A DNA stretch of 64,000 nucleotides from Candidatus Aegiribacteria sp. (GTDB lineage: Bacteria; Fermentibacterota; Fermentibacteria; Fermentibacterales; JCC-6). The stretch covers positions 23,903 through 87,902 of the forward strand of contig JAUXIK010000002.1 in the NCBI GenBank assembly GCA_030620995.1, given 5' to 3'. Made by a program: the position numbers and the translations under genes. The notes under the pieces are model-generated. The model ran no database searches and was not told the origin of the DNA. It was given only the letters and a program-made list of their open reading frames with translations. Shown piece after piece: positions 47,547 through 55,079 of this stretch; positions within the stretch are counted from its first letter, which is position 1; every line of letters begins with the position of its first letter.

Positions 47547-48221
47547 TCAGGATTCTACCCGAAGTGAATTGGGGATAAATGATTCTCCATCCGGCCTGAA
47601 AATCGGACCCGGAGAGGATCGCATGGCTCCCTCCAGACGAAGAAGGTCCTCAACAATACCTTTCAGATCGGCCTGTTCCCATCCGGTGTAGAATCTGGCG
47701 GAGACCCTTGCCTGAGAGTCAAGAACCAGCAAAGAAGGATATGAGCTGACATTGAACCGGTTGGATACAATTCCTCTGTTATCAACTATCACAGGAAAAT
47801 CAATGCCCCAGTCAATAACGATGTCTTCCAGTTCTTTGATAGAGGTTTCGGATGTTTCCAATGCAATCACTACAACAAGTGGCTGTTCTTCAAATTCTGT
47901 TTGAATTTCCTGAAGCATTGTGAAATACTGAACGTCTGAAAGAGTAGACATCCTGCAGAAGAAAATAACGATTACATGTCTTCTGAGCTGGTTGTAAATA
48001 CTCAGAGGTTCACTGCTGTTGAACCAGACGTGCTCCCGCGGGAAATCATCAACGTCTGAAAGAATACTCTCACTGGGGGGTTCCGGACTGAGAGAAAAGA
48101 GGAAACTGATCAAGAAAGCCGTTGCTACAAGTGCCAGAAAGAACAGTATTGTTGACCGCAGTTTCTTCCTGCCCAGAGATGTCATCGGGAGGTCTTTTGA
48201 ATAGTCTTCCAAAAAGATCAT
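47547..48221 (-). CDS. Membrane-anchored thioredoxin-fold (TlpA/redoxin-like) protein with CxxS in place of CxxC
   Basis: One TM helix, then VIVIFFCRMSTLS at the usual FWxxWCxxC position, and a later SYPSLLVLD (cis-Pro loop context). Confidence 0.55.
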   Translation of the reverse strand: MIFLEDYSKDLPMTSLGRKKLRSTILFFLALVATAFLISFLFSLSPEPPSESILSDVDDFPREHVWFNSSEPLSIYNQLRRHVIVIFFCRMSTLSDVQYFTMLQEIQTEFEEQPLVVVIALETSETSIKELEDIVIDWGIDFPVIVDNRGIVSNRFNVSSYPSLLVLDSQARVSARFYTGWEQADLKGIVEDLLRLEGAMRSSPGPIFRPDGESFIPNSLRVES

Positions 48222-49399
48222 CTTCCCCTTTTCAACTGATCAGCCGCTATTCTTGCCGCGGTTATAACAGTCTGCACAGGAACATTATGAATTCCTGACG
48301 CTTTTGCGCAATCTTCATATTCGGGCTCCATATGTATTACTTCACCTTTTAAGATGCATGTTTTAACAGGAATCGTACCGAACTCTGTCGGTACATCAAA
48401 GAAATCCCTCTCAAGGACAGCTCTTTCAGTTTCCCGAATCCTTATCCCCAGAGTTGTTGTATTGCGAAAAATGCATTCAATGACGTTATCCTTCATCGAA
48501 GTGGGACAAAGAACAGTTACCTCGATCGCGGGTCTGCCTTTTCTGCCGATGCACATTGCCGAATAGCAGTCAAAAGCTCCGGATTCGAGAATAAGATCAG
48601 AAGTGTCCGGCCAGATTCTCATATCCATATCGTCCAGGATTGTTCTTAATTCGATACAGTTATCATGATTACATCCGATACTTTCCGCCGGAGTTCCGAT
48701 AGTAACGCGAAGCAGGTTGGGTCTCTCCAGATCGAATTTGCCGGCACCCATTCCAGAGCTGACCGGAATCATAGGGGGGGGAGTATTCCATGATTCAACT
48801 GCGGTGACAAGTATGGTTGCGCCGGTGGGGGTAGTCAGTTCGGATCTTATACCGGAAGGATAAGTGGGAATTCCTTTGAGAAGAGATAGCGTTGCCGGAG
48901 ACGGAACGGGCAGAACACCGTGTGCGCAGGTTACAGTGCCTGTTCCAGTCGCAATGGGAGAAGAGAAAACCCTGTCAATTCCAAGCAGATGGAAGCAGCA
49001 GAAGCTTCCCACAATATCAATTATGGCATCCATCGCGCCTGTTTCGTGAAAATGAACTTCGTTAACAGATATCCCATGAGCTTCCGCTTCCGCTTCAGCA
49101 AGCTTCTGAAACGATTCAAGGCTTTTCTCGACAACCGATTGAGGCAAATTAGCGGTCCTGATTAGTTTTTCTATATCTCGAAGCCTTCTTGATTCGGTCT
49201 CAGGTGGAACCTGCACCTCGACATAAGTCCCTCTGAGGCTTTTTTTTGAAACTGTTTCCGTGGTGATTTTCCAGCCATTCAAGTTAAGCTTTGAAAGCAT
49301 TTTATTCAAACTTGACTGATCTGCTCCGGCATCGATAAGAGCGCCGAGAATCATATTCCCGGAAGCACCGCAGAAAGGATCGAAAACAGCAATTTTCAT
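48218..49399 (-). CDS. larC: LarC (nickel insertion protein for the nickel-pincer nucleotide, DUF111)
   Basis: MKIAVFDPFCGASGNMILGALIDAGAD N-terminus and overall 393-aa length. Confidence 0.8.
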   Translation of the reverse strand: MKIAVFDPFCGASGNMILGALIDAGADQSSLNKMLSKLNLNGWKITTETVSKKSLRGTYVEVQVPPETESRRLRDIEKLIRTANLPQSVVEKSLESFQKLAEAEAEAHGISVNEVHFHETGAMDAIIDIVGSFCCFHLLGIDRVFSSPIATGTGTVTCAHGVLPVPSPATLSLLKGIPTYPSGIRSELTTPTGATILVTAVESWNTPPPMIPVSSGMGAGKFDLERPNLLRVTIGTPAESIGCNHDNCIELRTILDDMDMRIWPDTSDLILESGAFDCYSAMCIGRKGRPAIEVTVLCPTSMKDNVIECIFRNTTTLGIRIRETERAVLERDFFDVPTEFGTIPVKTCILKGEVIHMEPEYEDCAKASGIHNVPVQTVITAARIAADQLKRGR

Positions 49400-49487
49400 T
49401 GGCCACCAAATTTATCAAGGACATTATTCATACGTATATTCACCATATTATAAGCGGCAGGACACAGTCTAAGCCAGAGGAGCAATC

Positions 49488-50237
49488 ATGGTCGTACCGG
49501 GTTCGCTGAAGAAATTTCTGCTTGACACACCTCGCTGTGCGATCCTCTTCTCCGGTGGTACTGACAGCGAAGTTCTTCTGAGAGCTGCAGCCGATGCCCT
49601 TGGTCCGGAGAAGGTTATCTCGTTGACTGCGGCTTCACCTTTTCTTGCGGGATTCTACAGAGATTCTATTCAAAGAGTTACATCTGAAATCGGAATCGAA
49701 TCGATTTTTGTGAATGTAAATCTTATGAATAATCCCGCTTTCGTAAACAACACCCCTGAACGCTGCTGTATCTGTAAGCGGGAAGTTTACGGAAAACTTC
49801 AGAAAAAAGCTCGATCTCTTGGATACACTGCGGTAATGGACGGCACGAATACTGATGATCTTGAAGAGTGCAGACCCGGTCTGACGGCTGCCGGGGAATA
49901 CGGGATTCTTCATCCGTTCCTTGAAACCGGAATTGGAAAGGCGGACATCGGCAGAATGGCTGTTGCGGTCTGCGGAACAGTAATACCATCAGATTCATGC
50001 CTTGCTACAAGGATTGTTGAGGGGCACCCGATTACTGTGGAACTTGTTGAACTTGTAGAAAAGATGGAAGCTCCGCTTCGACCATCAGCGCAGGGAAGGC
50101 TTCGCGTTCGTACTGATGGAAACAAATTGACAGTGAGATACTCGGAGATCGATTCGGATGTTGTTGAAAAACACCGTCAGGAACTGCTTGATATAGCAGA
50201 CTCGGCCGGGTTGGCCTGCACATTTTACCAGGTTTAA
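49488..50237 (+). CDS. larE: LarE (ATP-dependent sulfur transferase, PP-loop)
   Basis: LFSGGTDSEV PP-loop, DSCLATR (position of the sulfur-donating Cys), plus RCCICK upstream. Confidence 0.8.
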   Translation: MVVPGSLKKFLLDTPRCAILFSGGTDSEVLLRAAADALGPEKVISLTAASPFLAGFYRDSIQRVTSEIGIESIFVNVNLMNNPAFVNNTPERCCICKREVYGKLQKKARSLGYTAVMDGTNTDDLEECRPGLTAAGEYGILHPFLETGIGKADIGRMAVAVCGTVIPSDSCLATRIVEGHPITVELVELVEKMEAPLRPSAQGRLRVRTDGNKLTVRYSEIDSDVVEKHRQELLDIADSAGLACTFYQV

Positions 50238-50920
50238 TCTTCCTTCAGATATCGATAATAGCTTTCCAGAGTATAGACCGCTGCGAGAGGATTGTGTGCT
50301 GACATACGATCCTTTGCGGCAAGGACAGTACAGAGAGCATCCGAGTATTTCAGAAACAGGGAATCATGTCCAACGCACAAACCCATCATAATATTGAATT
50401 CCGTTTCAGCTTTATTGAGTACCATAGCCTGAAATACAGGATTGCACATTGATTCATCTGTTCCGGGTATGATCTTTTCGCTGTCCTTAACACCGATATC
50501 CTCTTTTAGTATTCTTCCTGCTTTACAAATGACGGATACGACCTCAAAACCCTTCTCTGATAAAAACCCCTCCACGATTTTTGCTTCCCTGGAAAGACCC
50601 GTGCAGAATGCAAGTCCCAGCTTTTCGAAACTCATTTTTCCCGCGAATTCAACTATCTCAAGGAGCCGCGGTTTACAGGGTTCAGGACAGGTATTCCGCG
50701 GACTTTTATTCCGGTAACCTTCGCCCTCCTGAATTGATGCCTGCCTGGCGAATTCCCTGATAGACTGATTTTCGAATTCGATCTGTGCTTTTTCAAGAAG
50801 GAAGGTGTCAGGAGTCGGACAGGATGGCAAGCCTTTTCCCAGGGGTGTTGAGCACAGACGTTCATCAGAAGTATAGGGGCATCTTGCACAGGCTGGATGT
50901 TCTATTTTCATGTTATTCAA
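50234..50920 (-). CDS. DUF1847-family metal-binding protein
   Basis: Cys-rich N-terminus CARCPYTSDERLC...SCP, then LGLAFCTGL, VICKAG, MCNPVFQA and GLCVGHD blocks recalled from DUF1847. Confidence 0.65.
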   Translation of the reverse strand: MNNMKIEHPACARCPYTSDERLCSTPLGKGLPSCPTPDTFLLEKAQIEFENQSIREFARQASIQEGEGYRNKSPRNTCPEPCKPRLLEIVEFAGKMSFEKLGLAFCTGLSREAKIVEGFLSEKGFEVVSVICKAGRILKEDIGVKDSEKIIPGTDESMCNPVFQAMVLNKAETEFNIMMGLCVGHDSLFLKYSDALCTVLAAKDRMSAHNPLAAVYTLESYYRYLKED

Positions 50921-50942
50921 CTCCAGACATTCCGCAGGCGGT

Positions 50943-51452
50943 TCAGCGTGAAGCGCTCTGTATGTTACTCAGAATTTCCACGAACATTTCAGGATTATCA
51001 GGTGAGACAACAATAACCTGTTCAGCAAGTTTCAGAACCACGCAGTTTCTGAAATCAGTGACAAAGGCCCGGAAAGGACCAAGTTTCCCGCTTCTATACT
51101 TTCCGGAGAAGCTGAAAAGTCCTCCGTTACCCAGAGTTCTGATTGAACCGGTCATGGCTTTTGAATCACGATTGACAGACACAAGAGAGGAAAGATCAAT
51201 CTCCGTTTCCCAGAGAAGTCTCCTTACTCCGAGAACATTGCCTCTGATCACATATCCTTTAACAGTGAAAAGCAGCGCGATGAAAAGAATGATAATCGGG
51301 ATTCCACAGTATAGAACCACTTCTATTACTGTACAGTCTTTTGACAGAAGAAGCCAGCCCGGCACTCCTATGAGTACAACAATGACAAGGAGAGTAAGTA
51401 CTTTAAGAAGAGTGCCCCAGGGCGCCTGAAAAGATTTGTCCATAACCGTCAT
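50943..51452 (-). CDS. Membrane protein with bacterial PH-like domain
   Basis: Two TM helices followed by a GYVIRGNVLGVRR...TLGNGGLFSFSGKY...VVSPDNPEMF pattern. Confidence 0.5.
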   Translation of the reverse strand: MTVMDKSFQAPWGTLLKVLTLLVIVVLIGVPGWLLLSKDCTVIEVVLYCGIPIIILFIALLFTVKGYVIRGNVLGVRRLLWETEIDLSSLVSVNRDSKAMTGSIRTLGNGGLFSFSGKYRSGKLGPFRAFVTDFRNCVVLKLAEQVIVVSPDNPEMFVEILSNIQSASR

Positions 51453-51628
51453 AATTACTCCTTCAAAATTATAAATGCCTTAAAATAATCTATGTGAGGT
51501 TGTCATCTAACGCAACCTGAATGTTTTCACTCTTTCCATTCAGCAAAGATTTAGATCCGCATATCTCACCAGAGTTACTACTGCAACGGCGCATAAGACA
51601 CTCGCATGCTGATATACGGGAGGGTAAA

Positions 51629-52207
51629 ATGACGTTTCGGAAATTCTTCAAATTCGATGAGCTGGGTACTACATGGAAAACGGAGACACTAGCCGGTTTT
51701 ACAACCTTTCTTACAATAGCCTACATAATTATAGTGAATCCGGCTATACTGAAAGCCGCCGGAATTCCTCAGGGTCCTTCCATGGTTGCAACTGTTCTGG
51801 GTACCACTACTACAAGTACATACATTGAATCAGCTACAGGAATCGAGGAAGGCGGAAAATCGGGTTTTACAGCCGTAGTTACCGCACTGCTGTTTCTTGC
51901 GGCCCTGTTCTTCACACCGATTCTTACTTCAGCTCCCGCCTGTGCGTTCGGTCCGGTATTGATTGTAGTGGGAATGCTGATGCTCAAACCGATTCTGGAT
52001 CTGAATTTCGATGATATGACAGAACTGGCCCCCGCTTTTCTGGTAATTGTTCTTATGAGTTTTACCTATAATCTTGGAGTCGGAATGACTGCAGGATTTG
52101 TAGTATATCCGCTTATGAAAACAGTAACGGGAAAATATCGCGAGATACCATCGGGTATATGGGTACTTTCGGTACTTTCAGTGTTGTACTACATATTTGG
52201 AGCATGA
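51629..52207 (+). pseudogene. NCS2/AzgA-type purine permease with a large in-frame internal deletion
   Basis: N-terminal FKFDELGTTWKTETLAGFTTFLTIAYIIIVNP (TM1) is joined near nt 51800 directly to the GTTTTSTYIESATGIEEGGKSGFTAVV... C-terminal third. The product is 192 aa, versus about 430-450 aa for family members such as E. coli PurP. Confidence 0.65.
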
Positions 52208-52272
52208 TGACCTCTTGCCATTGGCTCTCTTTTGTAACACAATCAATACAGAGGTTAACTGGAGGTGATAAA

Positions 52273-52575
52273 ATGCCTACTTTCGTATTGATGACTCGAC
52301 ATCATCCAAGCAGTCTGCACGACGCTGAAAACAGAAAAAGAATGGGAAAGACCTGGCTGAACAAGGTCAGGGAAGCCTGCCCTGGCATCAAGTGGATTGC
52401 GCACTACGCCATACTGGGACCCTATGACTTCATGGATATCTACGAAGCTCCGGACGTGGAGACAGCTCATAAGGTTTCCCTGATTTCCAGAGCCGAAGGA
52501 GCGCTGGAAGCGGAGAGCTGGCAGGCTCTGCATTATGATAAGTTCCTTAAAATTTTGAACGAAATAGAAGACTGA
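52273..52575 (+). CDS. GYD-domain protein
   Basis: 100 aa from the ATG after GGAGG. MPTFVLMTRHH...ILGPYDFMDIYEAPDVETA pattern. Confidence 0.7.
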   Translation: MPTFVLMTRHHPSSLHDAENRKRMGKTWLNKVREACPGIKWIAHYAILGPYDFMDIYEAPDVETAHKVSLISRAEGALEAESWQALHYDKFLKILNEIED

Positions 52576-52622
52576 CAAGAACACGGATTCAAAATCAGCT
52601 CAATTCCGGAAAGAAGTCTGCG

Positions 52623-53093
52623 TTGGCAAAAGTATTCATAATGCGAGGGCTTCCCGGTGCGGGGAAGACCACATGGATTCGGAACAATCTCCCTGATGCG
52701 CTCATATGTTCAGCTGATAACTATTTCCTTGATGAAGAAGGAATTTACAGGTTCGACAGCTTATTCATTTCTGAGGCGCATGAATCCTGTCTGAAAGGCT
52801 TTACTGAAATCCTGACATCTCACGAAAATATGGCAGAGAATGAATCTCTAGTAATTGTTGTTGACAACACCGCAATCAGAGCCTGGGAAATTTCACCCTA
52901 TTACAACCTGGCAAAAGCTTACAGACATGATGTAAAAGTTGTGCATATTAAATGTGATTCTGATCTGGCTCATTCCCGGAATATTCATGGAGTTCCACTG
53001 GAACGGGTCGAGAAAATGGATGAAGGTCTCGTCAGTGAAACTCTGCCCTCTTTCTGGAATGTAGAGGTAGTTGAACCGATAAGTGACGATTAG
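52623..53093 (+). CDS. P-loop kinase-like ATP-binding protein (AAA_33 / polynucleotide-kinase-like)
   Basis: Walker A GLPGAGKTT, SADNYF...YRFD, VVDNT (Walker B-like). TTG start; an alternative ATG is at 52641. Confidence 0.65.
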   Translation: MAKVFIMRGLPGAGKTTWIRNNLPDALICSADNYFLDEEGIYRFDSLFISEAHESCLKGFTEILTSHENMAENESLVIVVDNTAIRAWEISPYYNLAKAYRHDVKVVHIKCDSDLAHSRNIHGVPLERVEKMDEGLVSETLPSFWNVEVVEPISDD

Positions 53094-53104
53094 CAGTAAC
53101 AGCG

Positions 53105-53572
53105 TTACTGCCTCGAGTATTCCCCCATGAATTCGACTTGCTGTATAATGTTGCCCTCAATGGCTTCTCTCAGTTCTTCCGCAGTTGCTCCAGGCGCCAG
53201 GTGAAGATGTCCTTCCAGAGCGTATAGTGTGAAGAGATACCTGTGTTTGCCTGAAGGAGGAGCGGGACCTCTGTACCCGATGTTTCCCCAGCTGTTGCTT
53301 CCCTGTATGGTCCCATTCTCGAGTTCCGGGTCTGCAGGAATTCCTTCATCCAGTTCTCTGAGATCCCCCGGTATATTGTAAATCACCCAGTGAATCCAGT
53401 TGCCGGCCGGTGCATCGGGATCTTCGCATATGAGTGCGAATGTCTCAACATCGAAATCACATTTCCATTCCAGCGGAGGAGAGATGTCTTCCCCGTCAGC
53501 AGTATACAGAGCCGGGATGAGTTCTCCATTTCCAAAGGCAGTACTCCAAAGAGAAAACACAACCATAATCAT
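53105..53572 (-). CDS. YbhB/YbcL-family PEBP (Raf kinase inhibitor-like) protein
   Basis: SPPLEW, DPDAPAGNWIHWV, GYRGPAPPSGKHRYLFTLYAL. Confidence 0.88.
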   Translation of the reverse strand: MIMVVFSLWSTAFGNGELIPALYTADGEDISPPLEWKCDFDVETFALICEDPDAPAGNWIHWVIYNIPGDLRELDEGIPADPELENGTIQGSNSWGNIGYRGPAPPSGKHRYLFTLYALEGHLHLAPGATAEELREAIEGNIIQQVEFMGEYSRQ

Positions 53573-53774
53573 TCTGCACCTCCAAGCATTTGATTCAAAC
53601 TCCAGTATTACTGATTTACTGACTTTTGGTCAAGAACAGTCCTCATAGGATTGAATTTCATAATATTACCGGTTGCCGGTATTTATCCGGATGTCATTTC
53701 ATTTTTGTTCAAGGAGGTGAATTCTGTTCGAGTATCAAAAAACCGGACGTTTCTTCGGGCTCATTGCTGACGGC

Positions 53775-54863
53775 ATGGAGGAACTGGGCAGGGAAGAACT
53801 GGTCTCTTTCGGGGCAGACGACCCTAAACAGGCATACCGAGGGATGTTCTTCGGAGCAGATATGGAAACACTCTACAGGATTAATTACCAATCAAGATTC
53901 TTTACACGAATCCTTGCGCCTCTGCTCACATTTGATTGTCACAGTGACAGATATCTCTATAAAACAGCATCATCCATGGACTGGTCACAGATTCTGTCGC
54001 CGGAGAAGACTTTTGCCATATTCGCCAATGTATCCGACTCCAACATCAAACACTCCCAGTATGCCGCGCTCAAGCTCAAAGATGCGATTGCCGACTGGTT
54101 CATGGAAAGGGAAGGCCGCCGTCCTGACGTTGATACAAAATCTCCGGACGTCTGGCTGGGGCTCCGTATCCATCGCAACAGGGCATCCATCCGCCTTGAT
54201 ACTTCCGGAGGCTCTCTTCATCGACGGGGATACCGGAAAAAGTCAGTCGAAGCGCCAATGCAGGAAACTCTTGCGGCTGCAGTCGTACACCTTTCAGGCT
54301 GGGATGGGTCCACGAAACTGATCGATCCGATGTGCGGCTCCGGAACTTTGCTCTGTGAGGCCTTGATGAATTACTGCCGCATACCCTCCGGCTATCTCCG
54401 CAGCAGATTCGGATTCGAATGCATGCCGGAATTCAATAAGGAGCAATGGAAGCAAATCCGGCGAGATACGAACTCCTCAATACGGACGCTTCCGGAAGGG
54501 CTCATCCTTGGCAGCGACATCTCCCATGAAACAGTAAAGGTCGCTTCAGGCAACTGCTGTATGCTTCCCTCGGGAAACAGGATTGAATTAAAAACATCGC
54601 GATACCAGGATCTGAGTGATGTTTCAGACTCAACCATAATTACAAATCCTCCGTATGGATTACGCCTTCAGAAGAATGAGAACATGGGTGTTTTTATGAA
54701 GGAATTCGGTGATTTTCTAAAACAGAAATGCAAAGGTTCGATTGCTTACATCTACTTTGGAAAACGGGATCTTCTGAAAAAGATCGGCCTGAGAGCAGCC
54801 TCAAAAATACCTCTTAGAAATGGCAGGCTTGACGGACGTCTGGTTCGCTACGACCTGTACTAA
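53775..54863 (+). CDS. THUMP-domain class I SAM-dependent RNA methyltransferase (RlmL/UPF0020-like)
   Basis: DPMCGSGTL (motif I), ITNPPYG (motif IV). The true start is probably upstream at a non-ATG codon (53721 ATT or 53724 CTG), which follows GGAGG. Confidence 0.8.
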   Translation: MEELGREELVSFGADDPKQAYRGMFFGADMETLYRINYQSRFFTRILAPLLTFDCHSDRYLYKTASSMDWSQILSPEKTFAIFANVSDSNIKHSQYAALKLKDAIADWFMEREGRRPDVDTKSPDVWLGLRIHRNRASIRLDTSGGSLHRRGYRKKSVEAPMQETLAAAVVHLSGWDGSTKLIDPMCGSGTLLCEALMNYCRIPSGYLRSRFGFECMPEFNKEQWKQIRRDTNSSIRTLPEGLILGSDISHETVKVASGNCCMLPSGNRIELKTSRYQDLSDVSDSTIITNPPYGLRLQKNENMGVFMKEFGDFLKQKCKGSIAYIYFGKRDLLKKIGLRAASKIPLRNGRLDGRLVRYDLY

Positions 54864-55079
54864 CCTGGTTCTATACAGTTCAAGTTGTAGTATGATAAGA
54901 TGGGGTCTTGCGGTAACCATCTCTATATAGTAGCGTATAAATAACTTCTGACTGTTTTATGTCAGAAACAACAGAATATTCCTATAAGAAGAATATTAAT
55001 ACTAATTTTACTGTAATGATTGAAATTACGATTTAATATTTTTGTGCATGCGCGGTTTCAGAGCTGAGGGGGTCAGCTG

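Noticed and set aside
51453-51628. Purine riboswitch upstream of the truncated purine permease
   Set aside because: I could not find the conserved three-way junction (UAUA / UUUCUACC / CUA-type joining segments) on the plus strand.
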